Source of the DNA: a virus
Taxonomy: Duplodnaviria > Caudoviricetes
DNA length: 64,000 nucleotides
Direction: 5' to 3' (one strand)
Virus record (IMG/VR): IMGVR_UViG_3300021430_000864
Coordinates: 8,776 to 72,775 of that record
Positions 49,735 through 57,407 of this stretch are shown one piece after another. Position numbers and translations under genes: made by a program. Position 1 is the first letter of the stretch. Each line of letters begins with the position of its first letter. The notes under the pieces are model-generated. The model did no database searches. It saw nothing but the letters and a program-made list of their open reading frames with translations, and was not told where the DNA came from.

Positions 49735-50447
49735 TGAATAAATTAAAAGGAGGTCTATCGGACAATAAAACTTTGTCTGATATTGCAATTAAACACACAT
49801 ACGACGATAGTAGAGACTCTCTCGATAAAGGGAAATATAATTCCATGTTAAAACATTTAAACAAACAACTTGACATGGGGTTAAATATTGAATCAGAACA
49901 CACCAAAGATAAGTCTAAAGCAAAAGAAATTGCTATGGACCACTTATGGGAAGACCCTAATTACTACACAAAACTAAAAAAGATTGAAGCGACCGAATCT
50001 ACCGGTGCGGATTCAGCTGGTGCATTTGAACCGGCATTTGGTTCAACACCAATCAAGAGAAAAATCAACGTAATTCATAACCTAAAAGAAGAGGAGGAAC
50101 TTGGTGAGGTAACCACAGCGAGCTCTTCAGGTGCATATGATGTTCCTTTTGGTGATGGAGGTAAAAATCCATTAAAAATAGGTGGTCCTGATAGTATAAA
50201 AAATAGTAGAGCGGTAAAAGATAAAAACTTCCCTAAATGGGGTGGTCCTAAAGGTGTTTTTATTAAAATAAAGGAAAAATGTAAGAAATACCCATACTGT
50301 AATCAAGGCGACATCAAAGCCATTGAGATGTTAGAGATAGATGAATTAACAGAAGCGGTTAAAAACGTCTCTAAAAAAACAGGAATACCATACTCTCAAG
50401 TGGAAAAAATAGTAATAAAAGAAATAAATAAGATATTTATTAAGTAA
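49734..50447 (+). CDS. DUF5661-like domain protein
   Basis: KLKGGLSD...ESEHTKDKSKAKEIAMDHLWEDPNYYTKLKKIE. Confidence 0.6.
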   Translation: MNKLKGGLSDNKTLSDIAIKHTYDDSRDSLDKGKYNSMLKHLNKQLDMGLNIESEHTKDKSKAKEIAMDHLWEDPNYYTKLKKIEATESTGADSAGAFEPAFGSTPIKRKINVIHNLKEEEELGEVTTASSSGAYDVPFGDGGKNPLKIGGPDSIKNSRAVKDKNFPKWGGPKGVFIKIKEKCKKYPYCNQGDIKAIEMLEIDELTEAVKNVSKKTGIPYSQVEKIVIKEINKIFIK

Positions 50448-51767
50448 ATGGAAAACCAAATATCAAATATCATTGAAGAATCTCTTTTTAATGAGGTAAA
50501 AAAGACTATTCTTAACGAAAATAAAGAAGGTAAAGAAGTTTATCACATTACATGTGAAGGCGAACCTGTAGACTCTTTTGAATCGGAAGAGATTGCAATG
50601 AAACATTTAGATATTTATAAAAAGAAACATCCCGAAAAGGAGTTCATAATCGAAAAGAAAAAGTACGAATCACCGTCTGAAATGATTGACAAATTAGACC
50701 AGATGGGTGAAGAACTTGAAGAAAATAAAGAAACGAAAAAAATGAAAAAAGTTACAGTATCCGGTTTAGCTGAAGCTGCAATGTTAGCTAAGACTAAAGG
50801 TCTTAAAGAATTTAAATTTAATGGTGAGTCATATAACCTTGACGAATATTGGAAATCACTTGAGGAAGAAGAAATGTGTTCAGAGTGTGGACAAGGATAT
50901 ATGGAAGAAGAATCTGACGTTGAGGAGTCAAACGCATTCATATTAGCGGCAGATGCTGCAAAAGATGCTGGTAAAGAAGAATTTGAATTCCCTAAAGGTA
51001 GTGGAAAAATGCATAAAGTAACTTTGAGTAAAGACATTGACGTTAACGAAGAAAAAATGTGTTCAGAATGTGGGGGCATGATGAACGAAGAAGGTATGTG
51101 CAATGAGTGTGGAAAGTCAGGTATGTACGAATCAAAGAAAGTAAAACTTAAATTAACCGAAAGTGAATTGGTTTCTTTGATTAAGAAAATGGTTGAAAAA
51201 TCAAAAGGAAAAGTTAACGAATCTATACCGGGATTAGCAATGACTAAAAAAGTTCAGTCAGTTTCTAAAAAAGACGGAGATGACCACATGAAAGAAGTTG
51301 AAAAAAAATTAAAAGACATCTCAACCTTTGATGGTAACGATAACCCTGAATTCCCTAAACAAATTGGTAAAGGTGAAAAAATGGCGATAAATCCTACAGA
51401 AGAACAGGATGAAATTATTGCTGATACTAGAGGTGGTGGAATGGAAGATTTAAATTACGATTATGAACCATCTGAAAACTTCAAAAAAAGATTAAAAATG
51501 GCATTAGAGGGTGACCCTAAAATGGGTAACTCACAAGATGCTGGTAATGTTATAAAAACCGACACAGGAAAAAATTTAAGTAAGAAAGCTGAGAGAAAAA
51601 AAGAAAAAGACTCTAAAAACTTTGAAGTTAGTTGGGGTCACAGCTGGAAATCACCTGAAAAAGTTGTTGTTGTAAAAGAATCTGAAAAACCTAAAATGAC
51701 TTCAATTCTCGAAGAGGAAGTAAAGAGAATGAAGAAAATTATAGGTTACGATGATGCAACCCAGTAA
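50448..51767 (+). CDS. Acidic Glu-rich protein with three CxxCG knuckles; putative internal head protein
   Basis: CSECGQG, CSECGG, CNECG, LTESELVSLIKKMVE, ILEEEVKRMKKIIGY. A TATTTATT motif lies at 50434-50441. Confidence 0.55.
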   Translation: MENQISNIIEESLFNEVKKTILNENKEGKEVYHITCEGEPVDSFESEEIAMKHLDIYKKKHPEKEFIIEKKKYESPSEMIDKLDQMGEELEENKETKKMKKVTVSGLAEAAMLAKTKGLKEFKFNGESYNLDEYWKSLEEEEMCSECGQGYMEEESDVEESNAFILAADAAKDAGKEEFEFPKGSGKMHKVTLSKDIDVNEEKMCSECGGMMNEEGMCNECGKSGMYESKKVKLKLTESELVSLIKKMVEKSKGKVNESIPGLAMTKKVQSVSKKDGDDHMKEVEKKLKDISTFDGNDNPEFPKQIGKGEKMAINPTEEQDEIIADTRGGGMEDLNYDYEPSENFKKRLKMALEGDPKMGNSQDAGNVIKTDTGKNLSKKAERKKEKDSKNFEVSWGHSWKSPEKVVVVKESEKPKMTSILEEEVKRMKKIIGYDDATQ

Positions 51768-51818
51768 TCATTCTTTTTCTCCTTTTCTTTCTTTATATTT
51801 TATTATGTTTGAAAATAT

Positions 51819-52274
51819 ATGGAAAAGAGAAATGATTATACTGAGTTTGATATATCTGAAAAATACAAACATCAAATAGATATTTGGTACAGAACCTACA
51901 ATATAAGTCGTGATAAAATTTTATTATTTTACGACTTCCTTTCCTCTTTATATAATTTAATTGATAACACCTTTTTGGGTGAGGATGTTTTATTTAACGA
52001 ATCCGACCAAAGAGGTCATTTTGATTGGTGCTGGAATAAAATAGTTGATGATTTCAGTAAAGAACGTATTTTCTTTAAAGAAAAAGGTAATCACTACGAA
52101 TATTTTTGGAACTTCTTCTATGAAGCATATTATCTAAGTAAGATGGATAATAGAGAACACCGCATAAATGAATACTTCTACAAATTGTTTGATTTTAGAT
52201 ATATTAAATCGAGGTCAGAACTTGATATCCTTACTGAGGTCTATAAATTATTTGACCAAAACTTGAAAAAGTGA
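51819..52274 (+). CDS. Hypothetical protein (151 aa, aromatic-rich)
   Basis: Preceded by TATGTTTG (51804-51811), a perfect Bacteroidota -7 box (TAnnTTTG). Confidence 0.6.
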   Translation: MEKRNDYTEFDISEKYKHQIDIWYRTYNISRDKILLFYDFLSSLYNLIDNTFLGEDVLFNESDQRGHFDWCWNKIVDDFSKERIFFKEKGNHYEYFWNFFYEAYYLSKMDNREHRINEYFYKLFDFRYIKSRSELDILTEVYKLFDQNLKK

Positions 52275-52291
52275 TTTTTTTTCCGTATACT
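52263..52291 (+). promoter_or_regulatory. Putative early-type promoter
   Basis: TTGAAA-N17-TATACT. Confidence 0.6.
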
Positions 52292-52310
52292 ATGTATAAA
52301 AACGGAAAAA

Positions 52311-52493
52311 ATGGAAACTCTAAAGAAAATTAAAGACCTAGTAGAAAAGATGTCAGTTGACACTACTAAGGTATTCGAAAAGGGTAATAGAAGTGCTTCA
52401 ATTCGTGCAAGAAAATATGCACAAGAAGTAAAAGAGTTGATTCCCCAATTTAGAAAAGAATTGTTACAAGAAATAAAGAAACATGATAGTTAA
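52311..52493 (+). CDS. Hc1-family (histone H1-like) small DNA-binding protein
   Basis: VFEKGNRSASIRARKYAQEVKELIPQFRK resembles the Hc1 motif KGNKAAxxRARK...L..FRK seen in Chlamydia and Bacteroidota. Confidence 0.7.
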   Translation: METLKKIKDLVEKMSVDTTKVFEKGNRSASIRARKYAQEVKELIPQFRKELLQEIKKHDS

Positions 52494-52674
52494 CATAGTA
52501 ATATTTTTTACTGTACTGAGTATAGTATATTTAGCTAAATTTTTAATTTCATTTTTAGTTAATTTTTTTTCGGAAGAACCGAAACCAATGACCCTATCAA
52601 AAATAGATACAGTGTTAATATACCTTGCGGTATCATACCTAATAACGTTTATAATCAGGTTACCAAATGTTTGA
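52483..52674 (+). CDS. Small two-TM membrane protein
   Basis: Two hydrophobic segments. Overlaps both neighbours. Confidence 0.55.
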   Translation: MIVNIVIFFTVLSIVYLAKFLISFLVNFFSEEPKPMTLSKIDTVLIYLAVSYLITFIIRLPNV

Positions 52675-53146
52675 TAATATAAGAATTTTAAGACCATATT
52701 TTTTCTCATTAAGAGAAATTGAAAATAATGTTAGTTTAGACATCAAATTACCGGTTACTTGGAAATTTGAAAATATAGTTTCCCCATATAAATCTATTAA
52801 GGTTAAGGTACAAGACAAGAACGAGAAGTTTACTCTAATATCTTTAGTTAGTAGTGCAACTGCTGATGGGTATGAGGTTGTCTTTAGATGTGCTAGAGAA
52901 GTTATTAGTGTTAACAAGGAATACGAAGAGAAACAAAGACTATTACAGTCCAAAATTAAGGAACTTGAAATATTGTTTCAACATGAATCTTTAGATAAAC
53001 TAAGAGAAATATCATTTATCGAAAATGCAAAACAACAAGAGGATACAACAAGCATTAGAATGGTTGAACAGGGAGACAGTGAAGGACTCGAAGGAAGTGG
53101 AGAACCACAAGAACCAGATGATTCAGGAAATCAAAAAATTGGATAA
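52667..53146 (+). CDS. Hypothetical protein (159 aa)
   Basis: ORF in a tightly packed operon. Confidence 0.6.
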   Translation: MFDNIRILRPYFFSLREIENNVSLDIKLPVTWKFENIVSPYKSIKVKVQDKNEKFTLISLVSSATADGYEVVFRCAREVISVNKEYEEKQRLLQSKIKELEILFQHESLDKLREISFIENAKQQEDTTSIRMVEQGDSEGLEGSGEPQEPDDSGNQKIG

Positions 53147-53234
53147 AACAAAAATGTTTTCACAACCCGAAAAGAAAAAAATAACCTTTTTAAAAAGATT
53201 GGCAATTATATTTGGATATGCAAAAAAAGGGTGA
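53025..53234 (+). CDS. Hypothetical basic protein (69 aa)
   Basis: Helical K/E-rich sequence. Overlaps the previous gene by 122 nt. Confidence 0.5.
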   Translation: MQNNKRIQQALEWLNRETVKDSKEVENHKNQMIQEIKKLDKTKMFSQPEKKKITFLKRLAIIFGYAKKG

Positions 53235-53451
53235 TTTAATAAATCAAATAGCGATTATATCTGATTTAATTGAAAAAATGAATTTGGATAAAGAATCAAG
53301 TACAATGGTATTTGATTTAAAAGAAGATGTGTTTTTATCCACATTTGAATATGTTAATAAAAAACACAATAACCGAATGTCAAAACCCGATAAAACATTC
53401 ACAATTAAAATTGGTGAGGTTGATGTAATTTTTAATAAGAGTAGTGTCTAA
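53212..53451 (+). CDS. Hypothetical protein (79 aa)
   Basis: ORF converging on the minus-strand gene. Confidence 0.55.
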   Translation: MDMQKKGDLINQIAIISDLIEKMNLDKESSTMVFDLKEDVFLSTFEYVNKKHNNRMSKPDKTFTIKIGEVDVIFNKSSV

Positions 53452-54070
53452 ATAACTCCGATTTTTTAAATCCTTTAGACTCTAATAATGTGTATAGTAT
53501 TTTTCTTTGTGCCGTAGATACATCTTTCACAAAGATAAAATTACCCCTCTTTTTCTTGAGAACATCTTCTCTAATTAACTCAAATAGTCTCTCAGCGTCT
53601 CGTATGTTCTTATTACCAAAAAGAAGTATATTATCTTCGTTTTGTACAAATAATTTATTGTTCAATGTGAATATCTGACCAACATCGGTAATTGTTAGTA
53701 TCTGTTCCAACACTTCATGATAACGAATTCTTTCTTTTTTCTGAAAGTCATATATCAACTCCTCTTTCCAATACGGAATTATTTCCTTAATTCTGAACTT
53801 ATCATTTTCATACTTGGCCTCTATTAATCTACCTAAACTATCTTTTACAAATGTTTTTGTAGACCATCTTGTATTAGGGAAAATTAATGCCAATTCATAA
53901 ACTACTTCATTACTTCTTCTTCTGTTTTGTATTTTAACAAAACGAGGTTTTTTCTGAGTCTTATACTCATGCCAATAATCGTACACGGTGTTCTTTTTTT
54001 GACACCTGTACAATATCTTAACTCTTTTCTTGTTACAAAAGAGAACTATAAAGTATTTTCCATTTTTCAT
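53432..54070 (-). CDS. Hypothetical basic protein (212 aa)
   Basis: Long minus-strand ORF with an ATGA overlap with the small upstream gene. Confidence 0.65.
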   Translation of the reverse strand: MKNGKYFIVLFCNKKRVKILYRCQKKNTVYDYWHEYKTQKKPRFVKIQNRRRSNEVVYELALIFPNTRWSTKTFVKDSLGRLIEAKYENDKFRIKEIIPYWKEELIYDFQKKERIRYHEVLEQILTITDVGQIFTLNNKLFVQNEDNILLFGNKNIRDAERLFELIREDVLKKKRGNFIFVKDVSTAQRKILYTLLESKGFKKSELFRHYSY

Positions 54071-54231
54071 AGGAAGTTTTTAATGAATGAGTAAATACCG
54101 TATATTGAGAATGCACCCATTATGATGAAAAATATGGTAATATACTTCTGAATCTTTTCCACCATTTTTTCCGCGTCCTCTTTAGTGATAGCGGATTTTT
54201 CCTGTCCTTGTCTACAACTTTTACATGCCAT
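54067..54231 (-). CDS. Small membrane protein (54 aa) with an N-terminal MACKSC motif; absent from the ORF track
   Basis: Manually translated as MACKSCRQGQEKSAITKEDAEKMVEKIQKYITIFFIIMGAFSIYGIYSFIKNFL*. Its stop overlaps the next ATG (ATGA). Confidence 0.65.
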   Translation of the reverse strand: MACKSCRQGQEKSAITKEDAEKMVEKIQKYITIFFIIMGAFSIYGIYSFIKNFL

Positions 54232-54270
54232 AATACATCAAATTTACGTATTTCATAAGTATTTATCAAT

Positions 54271-54438
54271 ATGAAATTAATGGAAATTTTAGAGGACACC
54301 ATTATTGAGAAGTGGTCGATGAAATACAAAAAGACAATAGACTGCACCAACCCAAAAGGGTTCTCCCAAAAAGCACATTGTGCAGCAAGAAGAAAAAGAC
54401 GTGCAGGTGGACACACCAAATCGAAACCCGTAAAATAA
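54271..54438 (+). CDS. Small basic protein (55 aa); absent from the ORF track
   Basis: MKLMEILEDTIIEKWSMKYKKTIDCTNPKGFSQKAHCAARRKRRAGGHTKSKPVK*. Preceded by TATTTATC at 54260-54267. Confidence 0.65.
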   Translation: MKLMEILEDTIIEKWSMKYKKTIDCTNPKGFSQKAHCAARRKRRAGGHTKSKPVK

Positions 54439-54522
54439 ATCTTTCGTTGAGATTTCCATTTTCGACTTTTTTTATTTATATTTTTAGAAGTCTAATCAAT
54501 AACACAGGAATTTTTATAAAGA

Positions 54523-55413
54523 ATGATATCATACATCGGAGGAAAAGCCAGAATCGGTAAATGGATTGTACCATTTATCCCAACAGACATAGAAACCTAC
54601 GTTGAGGGGTTTTCAGGTATGTTCTGGGTATTCTTTAACATGGATTTAAAGAAGTACCCGAACTTAAAAACAGTTGTTTATAACGACTTTAACAGACTAA
54701 ACGCGAATTTATTTAAATGTGCTAAACACTATGACAGATTATGGGAGGAATTATCTAAATACCCTTGTCAACAACTTGGTGTGGAAAATACACCTCCTGA
54801 GTATGAACAAATGTTTCGTCAGTATCAAAAAGAGGTTTTCAGTAATGATTTGGTCATTGGTGACGAACCCAACTTTGAGGTGGCTGCAAAATATGTTTAT
54901 GTCTTAACTCAAGTATTCTCAGGTTCAAAACCTGAAACGTCTAATTATACCGATTATAAAGGAAAGTATAGATGTAAAGTTTTAATATTCATGGATAAAT
55001 TAAAACATCCCGAATATAGAGCACATCTTGACAGGATTACTTTCGTTGAAAATATGGATTTTCAAAAGGTGATTGAGAAATACGATTCACCCACAACCTA
55101 TTTTTATATGGACCCACCATATTGGAAAACGGAAAATTATTATTCAAACCATGATTTTGACAGAGATGACCATGAAAGATTGGCCAACTCTTTAAAAAAT
55201 ATTCAGGGTAAATTTAGTCTTTCATATTATGAATTTAAACAACTACGCGAATGGTTTCCTGAAGAAGACTTTGGTGTAGGTAAAAATGGTCAGTTGTTAA
55301 TGTTTCAACCAACCAAATACAAATGGGCAAGAGAAACATTCAAAAAAGCTGCTGCGGCAAAAAAAGACGGTACTCAAAATGAAGGAGTCGAATTGTTGAT
55401 TATGAATTATTAA
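54523..55413 (+). CDS. D12-class (Dam-family) N6-adenine DNA methyltransferase
   Basis: ISYIGGK, YVEGFSG (motif I), YNDFN, FFYMDPPY-type motif IV (YFYMDPPY), FSLSY. Confidence 0.85.
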   Translation: MISYIGGKARIGKWIVPFIPTDIETYVEGFSGMFWVFFNMDLKKYPNLKTVVYNDFNRLNANLFKCAKHYDRLWEELSKYPCQQLGVENTPPEYEQMFRQYQKEVFSNDLVIGDEPNFEVAAKYVYVLTQVFSGSKPETSNYTDYKGKYRCKVLIFMDKLKHPEYRAHLDRITFVENMDFQKVIEKYDSPTTYFYMDPPYWKTENYYSNHDFDRDDHERLANSLKNIQGKFSLSYYEFKQLREWFPEEDFGVGKNGQLLMFQPTKYKWARETFKKAAAAKKDGTQNEGVELLIMNY

Positions 55414-55415
55414 AT

Positions 55416-55709
55416 ATGAACTATTCTCCCGAAGTTTTAATATATTTGCAAACTATAAAAAATTATTTCAACAACAATCAGGAAGCTAGAAGTTATTTCC
55501 TCTCCAATTTGAATGAAGAGGAATTTTATAAACATGTTTCTGATGTTGCGGAAAATAATTTGAAAAAAAACGGAGAACCTCAACTGAGTAAAGAACAGTT
55601 TGAGTTTCTGAGAGTTAGTTTGATGATTTTTAAACAAGTCGAGGATGAAGAAATTTTAGACACCATATATGAATATACACCAAAAAACATTAAATTTTAT
55701 TTCAAATGA
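55416..55709 (+). CDS. Hypothetical protein (97 aa)
   Basis: Coupled ORF with an ATGA overlap downstream. Confidence 0.6.
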   Translation: MNYSPEVLIYLQTIKNYFNNNQEARSYFLSNLNEEEFYKHVSDVAENNLKKNGEPQLSKEQFEFLRVSLMIFKQVEDEEILDTIYEYTPKNIKFYFK

Positions 55710-56785
55710 AAAATAGAGTACCCCAAAATTATTTTATCTACGAAACATCATACGGTTCTGACATTCCGGTGAGTCAAATATTTGCACATTCTTTCGATAA
55801 GTTACCTTCAATGTATAGATTGAATAAAAAGTACAAACTTGATTTAATAAATTACATTGTAACTAAAGGTTTTAAACATGAATGTGAGATAAGACTTAAA
55901 TCCAAAAGAACCGAAAAAGAGAATCTTGAGACACTTTACATCAATGACAAAAAAGAAATTGCTGCGATGATAAAAGTCATTCAGATTGAGGGTATTGGTG
56001 ACCCGTATTGTGAAATCATATTCCATTACTCATTACTCAATGGTAACTTTGAATCTCAATTTAAAATTGAAGATATATCAAAATTTGAAATCACAACAAA
56101 GAAGAGTGGTATCAACTTAGTAAAGTTAGAAATGGGTCATTTAGATACTGAAGAATATGAATTGAATGTATCTGACATGGATATTGAGTTAAACTATGGT
56201 GAAGAATTTTTGAAAGTTCATGAAACTATAGTTAAGAGGCTTAATAAACCAAACGACAAAGGTATCATTTTATTCCATGGAGACCCCGGTACCGGTAAAA
56301 CATCTTACATTAAATACCTAACAAAGTTGGTTGGTGATAAAGAAATTTTATTCATCCCACCATCAATGGCGGAATCATTATCTGAACCATCTATCATCCC
56401 ATTCTTAATGGAACACAAGGATTCAATTTTAATTATTGAAGATGCTGAGAAAGTAATTGCAGATAGAGAGATGAATGGTTCATCTGCAGGTGTTTCTAAC
56501 ATATTGAATTTAACCGATGGTATTTTAGGTGATTGTTTGAATATACAGATAGTTGCAACCTTTAACATGAAAAGAGAGAAAATTGATTCCGCATTATTAA
56601 GAAAAGGTAGATTAATCGCGGAACATAAGTTTGCACCTTTAAGTGTTGAGAACGCTAACCGTCTTCTAAAAAAATTAGGAAGTGAAAAAACAGTTGACAA
56701 ACCAACATCTCTTGCCGATATTTACAACATTGACGAGGATGTATTCAAAGTCGATAATAAACAACAAATAGGATTTAAAAATTAA
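55706..56785 (+). CDS. AAA+ ATPase (BCS1/ATPase_AAA_core-like)
   Basis: Walker A GDPGTGKT, Walker B LIIEDAE, sensor TFN, and second region of homology DSALLRKGR. Confidence 0.9.
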   Translation: MKNRVPQNYFIYETSYGSDIPVSQIFAHSFDKLPSMYRLNKKYKLDLINYIVTKGFKHECEIRLKSKRTEKENLETLYINDKKEIAAMIKVIQIEGIGDPYCEIIFHYSLLNGNFESQFKIEDISKFEITTKKSGINLVKLEMGHLDTEEYELNVSDMDIELNYGEEFLKVHETIVKRLNKPNDKGIILFHGDPGTGKTSYIKYLTKLVGDKEILFIPPSMAESLSEPSIIPFLMEHKDSILIIEDAEKVIADREMNGSSAGVSNILNLTDGILGDCLNIQIVATFNMKREKIDSALLRKGRLIAEHKFAPLSVENANRLLKKLGSEKTVDKPTSLADIYNIDEDVFKVDNKQQIGFKN

Positions 56786-56787
56786 AA

Positions 56788-57093
56788 ATGGAATTAATTA
56801 CAACACAACAATTAAATGAAATGAAACAGAACGGAGAAAAAGTTCTCGTTGATTTCTTCGCAACATGGTGTGGACCATGCAAAATGTTATTACCAAGATT
56901 AGAATTATTACAACACGATTACCCTAACATCAAGTTTGTTAAAATTGATGTTGACCAAAACAGAGAGGGTTCGGTAGAGTACGGAATTCGTTCAGTACCT
57001 ACAGTTATGATTTTTAATGGTGAAAACGAAGTTTACAGAACATCAGGAGTTAAACCTGATAGCGAATATAAAGAGGTATTAAATTCTTTGTAA
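56788..57093 (+). CDS. trxA: Thioredoxin
   Basis: VDFFATWCGPCK, FVKIDVD, IRSVPT. Confidence 0.95.
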   Translation: MELITTQQLNEMKQNGEKVLVDFFATWCGPCKMLLPRLELLQHDYPNIKFVKIDVDQNREGSVEYGIRSVPTVMIFNGENEVYRTSGVKPDSEYKEVLNSL

Positions 57094-57094
57094 T

Positions 57095-57376
57095 ATGGGA
57101 AATGAACTAGTGGTATTTACATTGGAAGGATGTGGCCATTGTAAAATACTAAAAGAAAAACTAAGTAACCTGTCGATACCATTTAAAGAAATTGAAGTTA
57201 GTAAAAACAAAGAGATTTGGAATAAAGTGGTAGAACAGACAAAAAATGAATTCCTTCCCGCATTTTACATCAAACAAGAAGGTACAAATAAAGGTCCTTT
57301 CTTTTGTCCTGACAAGGATTTTAAAGATGATGATGAAGCAATTCAGATTATCAAAAAATACATCACAGTAAATTAA
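57095..57376 (+). CDS. Glutaredoxin/NrdH-like oxidoreductase with a CGHC active site
   Basis: VVFTLEGCGHCK...FLPAF. Confidence 0.8.
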   Translation: MGNELVVFTLEGCGHCKILKEKLSNLSIPFKEIEVSKNKEIWNKVVEQTKNEFLPAFYIKQEGTNKGPFFCPDKDFKDDDEAIQIIKKYITVN

Positions 57377-57407
57377 AAAAAGGGGGTTAATACCCCCTTT
57401 ATTTTTT
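57375..57407. terminator. Bidirectional rho-independent terminator between convergent operons
   Basis: A7-GGGGG-ttaata-CCCCC-TTTATTTTTT. Confidence 0.85.

Noticed and set aside
54120-54560. Track ORFs 54120-54419 (-) and 54312-54560 (+)
   Set aside because: Better explained as shadow frames of the two small genes at 54067-54231 (-) and 54271-54438 (+).
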